DNA of 64,000 nucleotides from assembly GCA_963833225.1 (NCBI GenBank), contig CAWHXD010000007.1:256001-320000 (forward strand). Direction: 5' to 3'. Source of the stretch: an uncultured Chloroflexia bacterium (GTDB lineage: Bacteria > Chloroflexota > Limnocylindria > Limnocylindrales > CSP1-4). Every line of letters starts with the position of its first letter. Positions within the stretch are counted from its first letter, which is position 1. The position numbers were made by a program, and so were the translations under genes. Shown here in pieces: positions 11,858 to 21,110 of the stretch. The notes beneath the pieces were generated by a model. It was not told the DNA's origin. It did no database searches and saw nothing but the letters and a program-made list of their open reading frames with translations.

Positions 11858-13180
11858 TTGCAGAAGCCGACGGACCGCGTCCGGCGACCCACCGACACCG
11901 CGCGTCCGCGCCGAGCCTCCGCGATCGCCCGCTTCAACCAGCGGAGCGTGCGGCTGGCCCGTAGCGCCCAGGCCTGGCTGCAGGCCCATGCCGGCGTGAG
12001 CGTCGGCTCCTTCGTTGCCGCCACCCGTTCCACGCTCCGTCCGTTCACGACTCCCGAGCGCGCCCTTCCCGTTGGCGTCGCGGCCATGGTCGCGGTCGCC
12101 TCGCTGCTCGCGGTCGTGCCCAGCACCCCGGCCGGCGCCGTCGGCGGCGTCACGGGCAGCGGCGAGAACGTCCGGCTCGTCGTCGGTGGCGGGTACGCCT
12201 CCACGTCGCAGACCGTGATCCCGCCGCATCCCGCCGCCATGGCGCTCGACGCCATCCCGAGCTTCACGCCGATCGTCCTGCCGCAGGACGTCACCAACGA
12301 TCCTCAGGCCGAGCTGGCCAGCGTGGAGGCCGGCAACTTCCGCGACGACGGCACGCTGATGACCGGGTACGCACCGGACACCGAGGTCGTTGACGGCTCG
12401 GACCTGATCAGCCGCTACAAGGTGAAGTCGGGCGACACGCTGGGCGCCATCGCGCACAAGTTCGGGGTCTCGATGATGACCCTGTGGTGGGCGAACAAGC
12501 TCGACTCCAAGGACGACCTCCACGTCGGCCAGGTCCTGCGGATCCCGCCGGTCTCCGGCCTGGTCGTGACCGTCAAGGACACCGACACGCTCGAGGCGCT
12601 CGCGACCAAGTACGACGTCAAGTCGTCGCGGATCGTGGATCTCAACGGCCTCGAGGACACCACGCTCGTCGTGGGGCAGGTCCTGGTGGTCCCGGGCGCG
12701 AAGGGTGCCCCCCTCCCCACCCCCAAGCCGACGCCAAGGCCGCAGGTCAGGCAGGCCACCGGCGGCGGCGGTTCGCGGCCCCCGGTCCAGTACACCGGCG
12801 GCAAGCTTCGCTGGCCCGTCGTGGGCGGCCACAACTACATCAGCCAGTACGCCCACGCCGGGCACATGGCGCTCGACATCGCGGCCGACTACGGCACCCC
12901 GGTGGTCGCCGCGTCGGGAGGCAGGGTCGTGTTCGCCGGCTGGAAGAACAACGGTGGCGGCTGGCAGGTCTGGATCAGCCACGGCGGCGGGATGTACACG
13001 ACGTACAACCACATGTCCGCCCTGTCGGTCGGCAACGGACAGTCAGTGGGGCGTGGCCAGCGCGTGGGACGCATCGGCGCCACCGGGTGGGCAACGGGTC
13101 CCCATCTGCACTTCGAGGTCTGGCTGGGTGGCATGCCATGGGCCGGCGGCTACCAGGTCAACCCCCTGCGCTACTTCTAG
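11858..13180 (+). CDS. LysM x2 + M23 peptidase (TTG start inferred from AGGAG RBS)
   Basis: YKVKSGDTLGAIA LysM; HMALDIA, YNHMS, TGPHLHFEV M23 motifs. Confidence 0.9.
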   Translation: MQKPTDRVRRPTDTARPRRASAIARFNQRSVRLARSAQAWLQAHAGVSVGSFVAATRSTLRPFTTPERALPVGVAAMVAVASLLAVVPSTPAGAVGGVTGSGENVRLVVGGGYASTSQTVIPPHPAAMALDAIPSFTPIVLPQDVTNDPQAELASVEAGNFRDDGTLMTGYAPDTEVVDGSDLISRYKVKSGDTLGAIAHKFGVSMMTLWWANKLDSKDDLHVGQVLRIPPVSGLVVTVKDTDTLEALATKYDVKSSRIVDLNGLEDTTLVVGQVLVVPGAKGAPLPTPKPTPRPQVRQATGGGGSRPPVQYTGGKLRWPVVGGHNYISQYAHAGHMALDIAADYGTPVVAASGGRVVFAGWKNNGGGWQVWISHGGGMYTTYNHMSALSVGNGQSVGRGQRVGRIGATGWATGPHLHFEVWLGGMPWAGGYQVNPLRYF

Positions 13181-13234
13181 CGCCACCTCACGCCCGGAAC
13201 GGTCCCTTCCCGGGCCCGTGCGACAATGCCGGCG

Positions 13235-14524
13235 ATGTTCCTTGACGATGTCCGCATCTCCGTGCGCGCTGGCGCCGGCGGCGACGGCGCGTCCACGATG
13301 CGCCACGAGGCCCACGTTCCCCGTGGCGGCCCGGATGGCGGGGATGGTGGCCGTGGTGGATCCGTGTACCTGCGGGTTGACGCCGGCCAGACCGCCCTCC
13401 ACGACTTCCGCTTCAAGCACCGCTTCTCAGCCACACCGGGGGGCCGCGGGGAGCGCCAGAAGCGGCATGGGAAGGCCGGCGTGGATCTCCACCTGGCGGT
13501 GCCGCCCGGAACGGCCGTGATCGACCTTGCGAGCGAGATGTTGGTCGCGGACCTGGTGGCGGTGGGCCAGGAGGTTATGGTGGCCAAGGGCGGCCGCGGG
13601 GGCCTTGGCAACGTCCACTTCGCCACCGCCACGCACCAGGCGCCGCGTCACGCGCAGAAGGGTGAGCCGGGTGAGGAGCGGGAGATCCGCCTCGAGCTGC
13701 GGCTGATCGCCGATGTCGGCCTGGTCGGCCTGCCAAACGCCGGCAAGTCCACCTTGCTCGCCGCGCTCACCAACGCGACGCCCAAGATCGCCTCGTACCC
13801 GTTCACCACCCTGGAGCCCAACCTGGGGGTGATGGACCTCGGGATCGACGATGGCCGGCAGCCGACGATCGCGGACGTGCCCGGCCTGATCGAGGGGGCG
13901 TCCACCGGCGCCGGGCTGGGGCACGCCTTCCTGCGCCACGTCTCGCGGACCCGGGTGCTGCTCCACATCGTGGATGGCGCCTCGCGCGACCCCCTCTGGG
14001 ATCACCAGGTCATCCGTGAGGAGCTGGGCGCCCACGACCCGGCCCTGCTCGCCAAGCCGATGCTGACCGTGTTCAACAAGATCGACCTCCCCGCGGCGCG
14101 TGATGCATGGCCGGTGTTCGAGGCCGCCATGCGGGCGGCCGGCATCCTCGTCCTCGCGATCTCCGCCGACGCAGGCGAGGGCCTCGATGTCCTGCGTGAT
14201 GCCGTGGGCGACCTGCTCCCGGACAGCGAAGGGTTCGCGGAGCCGCCGGACCCGGCCGGCGTGGTGATCCACCGCATCGAGGCGGCCGGCGACGGGTTCA
14301 CCCTGGAGCTCGACGATGCGGGCTACATCGTGAATGGCCGGCGCATCGAGCGGCTCGCCCACCAGACCAACTTTGAAAACGAGGAATCGGCGGAGCGGTT
14401 CCAGCGCGACCTGGCTCGCACCGGTGTCGAGGCGGCCCTCAAGAAGGCAGGCGTCCGGGCGGGCGACACCGTGCGGATCGGCACGGTCGAGCTGGAGTGG
14501 GAGCCGCTCGAGGAGGGCCGGTGA
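13235..14524 (+). CDS. obgE: GTPase ObgE/CgtA
   Basis: GGPDGGDGGRGG, GLPNAGKST, YPFTTLEPNLG, DVPGLIEGA, NKID, C-terminal OCT domain. Confidence 0.98.
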   Translation: MFLDDVRISVRAGAGGDGASTMRHEAHVPRGGPDGGDGGRGGSVYLRVDAGQTALHDFRFKHRFSATPGGRGERQKRHGKAGVDLHLAVPPGTAVIDLASEMLVADLVAVGQEVMVAKGGRGGLGNVHFATATHQAPRHAQKGEPGEEREIRLELRLIADVGLVGLPNAGKSTLLAALTNATPKIASYPFTTLEPNLGVMDLGIDDGRQPTIADVPGLIEGASTGAGLGHAFLRHVSRTRVLLHIVDGASRDPLWDHQVIREELGAHDPALLAKPMLTVFNKIDLPAARDAWPVFEAAMRAAGILVLAISADAGEGLDVLRDAVGDLLPDSEGFAEPPDPAGVVIHRIEAAGDGFTLELDDAGYIVNGRRIERLAHQTNFENEESAERFQRDLARTGVEAALKKAGVRAGDTVRIGTVELEWEPLEEGR

Positions 14525-15192
14525 GCGAGCCCGTGGCCGACGCGGTCATGCCGCCCGCGCCGGTGGTTCCGGGTTCCGTGGGCATCCTGGGTGGCACCTT
14601 CGACCCGGTGCACCACGGGCACCTGGTGATCGCCGAGGAGGCCCGCGAGGCGCTGGGGCTGGAGCGTGTGCTGCTGGTCCCGGCCGCGGCGCCGCCGCAC
14701 AAGCCCGGACGTCCGGTCACGGACGCGGTGCACCGGCTGGCGATGGCGGAGCTGGCGGTTGCCGGCAATCCGTCCTTCGAGGTCAGCCGCCTGGAGCTGG
14801 ACCGGGGTGGGACCTCGTTCACGGTGGACACGCTGGAGGCCCTGCGCGCGGGCGGCATCGTGGAGCCCTGGTTCATCCTCTCCGCCGAGGCGCTCGCCGA
14901 CTTTCCGTCCTGGCGCGACCCGGGGCGCATCCTGGATCTCGCGCGTCTCGCGGTGGTGCCGCGCGGCGGCTCCGACCCGCTCGGGTCCGCCTGGTTCACG
15001 GCCCGTTTCCCCGATCGCGGCGACCGGGTCAGGTTCCTGTCCGGGCCCCTATTGCCCATCTCGGGTAGCGTGGTGCGACGACGGGCGGCCGCGGGCCGCT
15101 CGGTGCGGTACCTCGTGCCGGACGCCGTCGCCGCGTACATCGCCCAGCATTCGCTCTACACGGACCCCACCTGGAGGACCCATCCCTCGTGA
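14521..15192 (+). CDS. nadD: Nicotinate-nucleotide adenylyltransferase
   Basis: GILGGTFDPVHHGH, PPHK, SFTVDTL; GTGA overlap with obgE. Confidence 0.96.
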   Translation: MSEPVADAVMPPAPVVPGSVGILGGTFDPVHHGHLVIAEEAREALGLERVLLVPAAAPPHKPGRPVTDAVHRLAMAELAVAGNPSFEVSRLELDRGGTSFTVDTLEALRAGGIVEPWFILSAEALADFPSWRDPGRILDLARLAVVPRGGSDPLGSAWFTARFPDRGDRVRFLSGPLLPISGSVVRRRAAAGRSVRYLVPDAVAAYIAQHSLYTDPTWRTHPS

Positions 15193-15611
15193 CCGAACCT
15201 GCCCCCGCCACCGGGCCGCGTCCCGACGGCCTCCCGCACCGCGACGAGGCCGCTCCGGCGACCGACCGGGCACCGCTCGACCTCGCGCGTCGCATCGTGG
15301 AGCTGGCGGAGGACAAGAAGGCCGCCGACATCGTCCTGCTCGACCTCGGCGAGCTGACCACGCTCGCCGATGCCTTCGTCATCTGCTCGGGCGGCTCCGA
15401 GCGCCAGATCAGCGCCATCGCCGACGGGATCGTCGAGGGGCTGCGCGACGAGAAGGTCAAGCCCATCGGCCGCGAGGGGACGTCGGAGTCGCACTGGGTC
15501 CTGCTTGACTACGGCAGCGTGATCGTCCATGTGTTCACGCCCCCCGAGCGCGACTACTACCAGCTGGAACGCCACTGGTCGGGCGCGAAGACGGTGCTCC
15601 GGGTCCAGTAG
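15189..15611 (+). CDS. rsfS: Ribosome silencing factor RsfS (Iojap)
   Basis: DKKAADIVLLD, WVLLDYGSVIVHVF, RDYYQLERHW; follows nadD. Confidence 0.96.
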   Translation: MTEPAPATGPRPDGLPHRDEAAPATDRAPLDLARRIVELAEDKKAADIVLLDLGELTTLADAFVICSGGSERQISAIADGIVEGLRDEKVKPIGREGTSESHWVLLDYGSVIVHVFTPPERDYYQLERHWSGAKTVLRVQ

Positions 15612-15815
15612 CCCGGGCGCCCCGGGGCCGCGACGAGCGGTGCTCCGGGGCCCTGCGGGTGGTGCTCGGCGGTCCAGGAGGCTGGTGCGCTCGGGCCACC
15701 CATCAGTCGGGTACGGGGTCCCGCGGTACGGACGGGTCATGTCGGCGCCGGGGAGCCCATCCTAGATTGGCTGCAGGTCGTCGGTCAGCGGGATCGGCGC
15801 CACCGGAGACGCCCC

Positions 15816-16070
15816 ATGTCGGGCACTCGAGACCGCTGCCCCGGTTGCAGCCATCGACTCATCATCACCCGGTTTGACACCACGTTCCGGCTGCCAGATC
15901 GGACGGAGCGGCTGTGCTTCGGCATCCCCGGTGGGCTGTGCGAGGACTGTCACCAGCTGTACATCGACCCCGAGCTGATCGACGTCCTGGAGCTCGGCGA
16001 GAGCCGGTGCGTGTTCGCGATCGAGAGCGACACCGTCCTCCAGGAGGAGGCCTGGTCCTCCGCCGACTGA
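15816..16070 (+). CDS. Small CxxC...CxxC zinc-ribbon hypothetical protein
   Basis: GGAG RBS; CPGC and CEDC pairs. Confidence 0.65.
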   Translation: MSGTRDRCPGCSHRLIITRFDTTFRLPDRTERLCFGIPGGLCEDCHQLYIDPELIDVLELGESRCVFAIESDTVLQEEAWSSAD

Positions 16071-16074
16071 CCGC

Positions 16075-17169
16075 TCAGCGGTGGCCCGCTGCGGGGCGCC
16101 CGGTGTCCTGGCCGGCCCGGCCTCCGGCCGATCGTGAGCGTGGATCCGCGACTCGCTCCTGCACCCACAGCGTGAACGCCAGCCGAACCTGGCGGTCCGT
16201 GCTCCCCCAGCCTGTCGCCCCCTTGATCATCGCGTCGAGCTCCAGCACGCCCTCGAGGGCGACGTCGAGCTCCGGCAGCGACCAGCGGCGGGCCTGTTCC
16301 ACCAGCTTCTGCGCCCGGAACGGGTGCCCGCCGATGGCCTTCACGATCTCCGGCGGGCGGCTGCCGGACGCGACATGGTCCGCGGCGATCAGCAGGTCCC
16401 GGATCCGCCGGTGGAGCTGGACGACGATCACCGGGTACGGCGTCGTGTCGAGCAGCCGGTCCAGCAGCGGGCCCGCGACGTCCGCGCGGCGATCCGCGAC
16501 GGCATCGAGCATGGCCCAGGTGCTGTCCGGGATGACCTCGGGGACGAGCGCTCGGACGTCCGCGATGGTGATCGGCGCCGCCTGCCGGTAGAGCGCCAGC
16601 TTCTCCAGCTCCGCCGCGGCCAGCGATCCCTGGCGCTGGCGATCCACGTCGCCTTCGCCCACGAACCCGCCGACGCGCCGCGCCAGCTCGTCCGCGGCGT
16701 CGCGCTCGAGCGTGATCTCGCGCTCCGTGGCCAGGTTGCGCAACCAGCCCGCGAGCTGTCCGGCCTTCGGCGCCGCAAACGCGCGCGCGGAGCCGCCGGC
16801 CTTGAGCACGGAGGCCTCGAGGGTCGCGTACATCGCGGCCCGCTTGTTCCCCGCGTCGCCCTGCTCGATGAACACCAGCGCGTTGCCCGGGGCGACCGCG
16901 CCCAGGGCGCGCCCCAGCGACTCGCGCCCGTCCTTGGAGCGGAGCAGGGGACCCGGATCCGTGACCACGGCCACGCAGCCGCCGCCGAACATCGGCGCCG
17001 TGCCGACGCGCTCGGCGATCTGGGCAACGCTGGTCTCGGCGCCGCTGACCCGCCAGCGGTCCGGCGCGGCGCCGGTCTCCTGCTCGAGGCGGTGCGCGAT
17101 CGCGATCACGGCCCGGTCGAGCGCATAGCCGTCGCCGCCACGGTAGTAGGCGATGACCGGCGCGCTCAC
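16075..17169 (-). CDS. holA: DNA polymerase III delta subunit
   Basis: TAPMFGG, ELEKLALY, HPFRAQKL, LDAMIKG; canonical position downstream of comEC. Confidence 0.9.
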   Translation of the reverse strand: MSAPVIAYYRGGDGYALDRAVIAIAHRLEQETGAAPDRWRVSGAETSVAQIAERVGTAPMFGGGCVAVVTDPGPLLRSKDGRESLGRALGAVAPGNALVFIEQGDAGNKRAAMYATLEASVLKAGGSARAFAAPKAGQLAGWLRNLATEREITLERDAADELARRVGGFVGEGDVDRQRQGSLAAAELEKLALYRQAAPITIADVRALVPEVIPDSTWAMLDAVADRRADVAGPLLDRLLDTTPYPVIVVQLHRRIRDLLIAADHVASGSRPPEIVKAIGGHPFRAQKLVEQARRWSLPELDVALEGVLELDAMIKGATGWGSTDRQVRLAFTLWVQERVADPRSRSAGGRAGQDTGRPAAGHR

Positions 17170-17804
17170 CGGGTGGCCTCGCGAAGCGCGCGTCGCGCCC
17201 AGCGCAGCCGGCGCACGCCCGCGGGCGCGACCCCGGCGAGGCCGCAGATCTCCAGCTCCAGCGCCCCGGCCCGGGCCTCCACCCGTGCGGCCGTCTCGTC
17301 GTCCCAGCCCCGACCGCGCGGTGGTCGATCACCCGCGGCCAGCACCGGCTCGCCCGGTCCCGACGGGTAGCGCCGGCGCCACGAGGCGAACCGGGCCTCC
17401 ATGGGCTCGATCCGCTGGCCAGCACGCTTGTCCGCGTAGGCGATGATCCGCGCCTCGAGCGGCGCCGCGGCCAGGCGCCGCGTGTCCGCCTCGTCTGCGT
17501 ATCGGCTCACGGGATGATCCCGCACGAGCGGCCCGAGCTTCGGGAAGCCCTGCGCCGCCAGCCACGCGGCGGACCCCTCGCCGTGGCGGGCGCCAGCCAC
17601 CCGCCCGGCCGGGATCTTGTCCACGTCGTGGAGCAGCGCCGCCGCCTCGACCGCGCGCACGTCGCACGGCGTCCCGTTGCCGGCGATCGCCCGGGCGAGC
17701 CAGCCGGCGACGTCCGCGACCGCGCACGCGTGCTGGAGCGACCAGTCGGGCGGGTCCAGGGACAACAGCAGGCGGGCGGCCTCGCGGCGTGTCGGAGTGG
17801 TCAT
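17166..17804 (-). CDS. HD-domain phosphohydrolase
   Basis: HACAVA, AALLHDVDK, HGEGSA, IIAYADKR; own TACGAT -10 7 nt before ATG. Confidence 0.85.
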   Translation of the reverse strand: MTTPTRREAARLLLSLDPPDWSLQHACAVADVAGWLARAIAGNGTPCDVRAVEAAALLHDVDKIPAGRVAGARHGEGSAAWLAAQGFPKLGPLVRDHPVSRYADEADTRRLAAAPLEARIIAYADKRAGQRIEPMEARFASWRRRYPSGPGEPVLAAGDRPPRGRGWDDETAARVEARAGALELEICGLAGVAPAGVRRLRWARRALREATR

Positions 17805-20304
17805 CACCGGCATCGTAGCCGGTGAGGGCGACGCGGGCGGGGATCTCCGGGGTCGTCGCCGCGGAGGTCCGTGGAGTCCCCGTGGTCCGGACCCGCAGCC
17901 CGTCCGGGCGCAGCCCCACCTCCACCGTCCCGTCGAGGTCCGTGCGGAGGATGCGCGCCCCGATGTCGCGCAGCCGTGCAAGGGTCGACGCGGCCGGGTG
18001 TCCGTAGTCGTTGTCCGCCCCCACCGAGACCAGCGCGAGCGTCGGCCGCAGGGCCGCGAGGAGCGGCGCACTGGTGGCGGTGGCGCTGCCATGGTGTGCA
18101 ACCTTGAGGACGTCGATGGCCGGGAGGCCGCGGGCGAGCAGCGCCGGATCCACGTCGTCCTCGGCGTCGCCCGTGAGCAGGAATCGGCGGCCGTTGGCCT
18201 CGCCGAGGAGGACGATCGAGGTGTCGTTGATCCCCCGTCCCGTGGCGGCCGGTTCCGTGGGCACGCCGGGGTCCGGCCAGAGCACCGTCAGCGAGATCTC
18301 GTCGAGGCGCAGCCGGGCACCCGTGGCCAGCGTCGCCCTCGGCGGGCCGTGCTCGAGGGCCGCATCCCAGGCCGCCCACCCTGGTCCCGGTCCGTGCATG
18401 CCGGGTTCGAACACCTGCCCAACCCGGTACCGCTCCAGCACCCGCACCAGGCCCGCGACGTGATCCTCGTGGGGATGGGTCAGCACGATGATGTCGATCC
18501 GCCGGTCCCAGGGCGGGACGCGCTGGTCCAGGGCCACCAGGAGGCGGTCCGGGTCCGGCCCGCCATCGACCAGCATGCGCGCACCGCCCCGGGTCTCGAC
18601 CAGGATCGCGTCGCCCTGTCCCACGTCGAGCATCACGAGCCGCGTGGACCGCCCGGCGACATCGGCCATCGCGAGCGTCGACAGCGCCACGACAACCGCC
18701 GCGACGCCAAGCGCCAGCCGGCTGCCGCGCGAGGCGGGGATCGGCAGGCGACCAGCCGTCGCACCGGTCCCGGCCCGGGGCGACGGTGCCTGTTGACCGG
18801 GTCGTCGCTGCCCCGGCCGCCGGCGCCGACGGGCGCGCGAAGCCCGGAGCCGCCGGATCATGCCGGGCGCCCCCAGGACCAGCACCGCGGCCATGAGCGC
18901 CGCGGCCGGCGCCGCCTCCGGCGGGATCGGCACGGCCGCGAACGGCACCCCGGCTCCCAGCCGCACGAACGCGACGATGAGGTGGAGCAGCAGCCAGGCC
19001 GGCAGGCCGAGCATCGTTGCCAGCCCGTCCGGCAGCCCGGCCATGGACAGGGCGCCGCCCCCCATCGCGACCACGCCCGCGCCCATCGCCGCCGGCACGA
19101 GCGGGACGACCGCAAGGTTGACCACCGGCGCCACCAGCGACAGGCGCCCGAACGTGACCAGCACGTCCGGCAGCGTCGCCGCCTGGGCGGCCAGCGAGAT
19201 CCCGAGCCCCTCCGCCAGCCAGCCCGGGATCCGCCCGCCACCCAACCCCGCAAACCAGCGGCCCAGCGGCGTTCCCCAGGCCAGGAGCCCGGCGGTGGCG
19301 ACCACGGACAGCCGGAATCCGGCATCGCCGATCATCGTCGGGTCGACCACCAGCATCGAGAACGCGGCGAGGGCCAGGGCCGCCGGCGCGCGTGCCGACC
19401 GCCCCGACTCCCGGGCCAGCAGGACCACCGCCGCCATCACGGCCGCCCGGACCACCGACGGCGAGGCGCCCGCGGCGAGCACATACGCGCCGATCGTGCC
19501 CCCGACCACGATCGCGACCGCGCGGCGCGACCGACCGCGCATCAGGGCGCCCACGAGACCCGCCACGATGGCGATGTTCCAGCCCGAGATGGCGACCACG
19601 TGGCTGACGCCCGCCGTCGCGAAGTCGGCAGCCAGCGCCCGATCCACGCGCTCCCGGAGGCCCACCAGGATCCCCGCGGCCAGGCCCGCCTCCGGCTCCG
19701 GGAGCGAGACCTGCAGCGCGTCACCCGCCGCGTCCCGGGCCGGCTGGAGCGACAGGCCGCTCGCCCGTTCAACGATCCCGAGCGATCGTGCGTCCAGGCT
19801 GCCCGCGGCGCCCGTGCGGCGCAGGTACTCGCCGTAGCCGTCGTCCTCGGGCGGCGGTCGCAGACGGCCGTCGACCTCCACCGTGTCACCCGCGTGGACC
19901 GCCGGGAACGATGGCAGTGTTGCCGCAACACGCACCGGCCCCGGTTCCACCTGCAGCGCGAGGCGGGCGACCTGGCTCCCGTCCCGCGGTGAGCCCACGG
20001 AGTCCACGACCGCCGTCCAGGGCCCCGGCGTGGCCGGCAGCGGCGGGACGGGGGGAGCCGGCGGACCCAGCAGCAGCCGGAGCGCGACCAGGACCGCCCC
20101 GATGCCCGCCGGCGTCAAGGGAGCGACAGCCAGCGCCCGGGGAACCGCCAGCCCGATCGACACCGCCAGCAGCCCCACGACCAGGACGCCGGCCATCGGC
20201 CCGCCCGCGTACGCGACCGCTGCCGACACGGCGGCCCCGATCGCGAGCCACGCGCTGCGCGGGAGCGCCGGGAGCGCCGGGAGCGCTGGCGCGGCCGGCT
20301 TCAC
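17329..20304 (-). CDS. comEC: ComEC/Rec2 DNA uptake channel with metallo-beta-lactamase domain; low-complexity tail overlaps HD gene
   Basis: HVVAISGWN, SPSVVRA, GFRLS, LDVGQGDA, THPHEDH, LKVAHHGS, YGHP. Confidence 0.95.
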   Translation of the reverse strand: MKPAAPALPALPALPRSAWLAIGAAVSAAVAYAGGPMAGVLVVGLLAVSIGLAVPRALAVAPLTPAGIGAVLVALRLLLGPPAPPVPPLPATPGPWTAVVDSVGSPRDGSQVARLALQVEPGPVRVAATLPSFPAVHAGDTVEVDGRLRPPPEDDGYGEYLRRTGAAGSLDARSLGIVERASGLSLQPARDAAGDALQVSLPEPEAGLAAGILVGLRERVDRALAADFATAGVSHVVAISGWNIAIVAGLVGALMRGRSRRAVAIVVGGTIGAYVLAAGASPSVVRAAVMAAVVLLARESGRSARAPAALALAAFSMLVVDPTMIGDAGFRLSVVATAGLLAWGTPLGRWFAGLGGGRIPGWLAEGLGISLAAQAATLPDVLVTFGRLSLVAPVVNLAVVPLVPAAMGAGVVAMGGGALSMAGLPDGLATMLGLPAWLLLHLIVAFVRLGAGVPFAAVPIPPEAAPAAALMAAVLVLGAPGMIRRLRASRARRRRRPGQRRPGQQAPSPRAGTGATAGRLPIPASRGSRLALGVAAVVVALSTLAMADVAGRSTRLVMLDVGQGDAILVETRGGARMLVDGGPDPDRLLVALDQRVPPWDRRIDIIVLTHPHEDHVAGLVRVLERYRVGQVFEPGMHGPGPGWAAWDAALEHGPPRATLATGARLRLDEISLTVLWPDPGVPTEPAATGRGINDTSIVLLGEANGRRFLLTGDAEDDVDPALLARGLPAIDVLKVAHHGSATATSAPLLAALRPTLALVSVGADNDYGHPAASTLARLRDIGARILRTDLDGTVEVGLRPDGLRVRTTGTPRTSAATTPEIPARVALTGYDAGDDHSDTPRGRPPAVVPGPARLVAPARVRGRGRRRLARPGDRRQRDAVRRARGRGGGAAPRRGQDPGRAGGWRPPRRGVRRVAGGAGLPEARAARAGSSREPIRRRGGHAAPGRGAARGADHRLRGQACWPADRAHGGPVRLVAPALPVGTGRAGAGRG

Positions 20305-20999
20305 GGGCCGATCGTGACGAGCGGCCGGAGCTTGTCCATCGTCGCGGCGCTCACCACCTTGCGGGCGAGCAGGTCATCGACGCTCGTGAACGGTTGCTCC
20401 TCCCGCGCCGCGATGATCTTGGCCGCCGTCACGGGCCCGATCCCGGGCAGCGTGTCCAGCGCCTCCGCTGAAGCCCGGTTGAGATCGATCGGACCCGCGC
20501 CGCCGGCCACCCCGCCGCCCTGGTCCGTGCCAGGAGCCGCTGGATCCTCTCCGCGAACGGGCACGCGGATCTTCTGGCCATCCGTGATCGACGCCGCGAG
20601 ATTGAGCTGCCGGTCCACCAGGCCCGCGTCGACCGTCGCCGCGTACCCGCCTGCCGCGTCGATCGCGTCGGCGACGCGGGCGCCCGCCGGCAGCTGGTAC
20701 ACGCCGGGGCGAGTGACCGCCCCACCGACATCCACCACGAGCATGACCGCAGGTGCCGGACTTGCCGAGCGCGTCGCGCCGAGGTCTGCCGGCATCGCGC
20801 CCAACCCATTCGCGCCGTCCACGCTGATCACCGGCTCCTCCCCGCCAGCGACCAGGACGGCCCCGACGCCGACCAGGACCGCGAGAACGGCCGCGACGAC
20901 GGCGGGCCACGGCAGGCCACCAGGCGTCGCTTGGTGATCGGGCGGGGCTTCGGGCTCAGAGGCCTCGAGGACGCGCCACGGCGCGCTGCTTGGCTCCAC
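20301..20999 (-). CDS. comEA: ComEA DNA receptor (TM + SLBB + HhH)
   Basis: VDVGGAVTRPGVYQL, LNLAA, IDLNRASAEALDTLPGIGPVTAAKII; GTG start inferred. Confidence 0.92.
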   Translation of the reverse strand: MEPSSAPWRVLEASEPEAPPDHQATPGGLPWPAVVAAVLAVLVGVGAVLVAGGEEPVISVDGANGLGAMPADLGATRSASPAPAVMLVVDVGGAVTRPGVYQLPAGARVADAIDAAGGYAATVDAGLVDRQLNLAASITDGQKIRVPVRGEDPAAPGTDQGGGVAGGAGPIDLNRASAEALDTLPGIGPVTAAKIIAAREEQPFTSVDDLLARKVVSAATMDKLRPLVTIGP

Positions 21000-21082
21000 G
21001 GGTCGGGTCGCTCCCCGGCGGGATCCGGCGGCGGGCGTGGGTGTGGATGCGGTTGCGAGCACAGGTGGAGCGCCCGTGCGGG

Positions 21083-21095
21083 AGGGGGCACGTCC
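21083..21095 (+). repeat. attL core AGGGGGCACGTCC
   Basis: Identical to 29917-29929; flanked by host arm CCCGTGCGG (21073-81) and element arm TGCGGGT (21104-10). Confidence 0.85.
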
Positions 21096-21110
21096 ACATA
21101 TAATGCGGGT

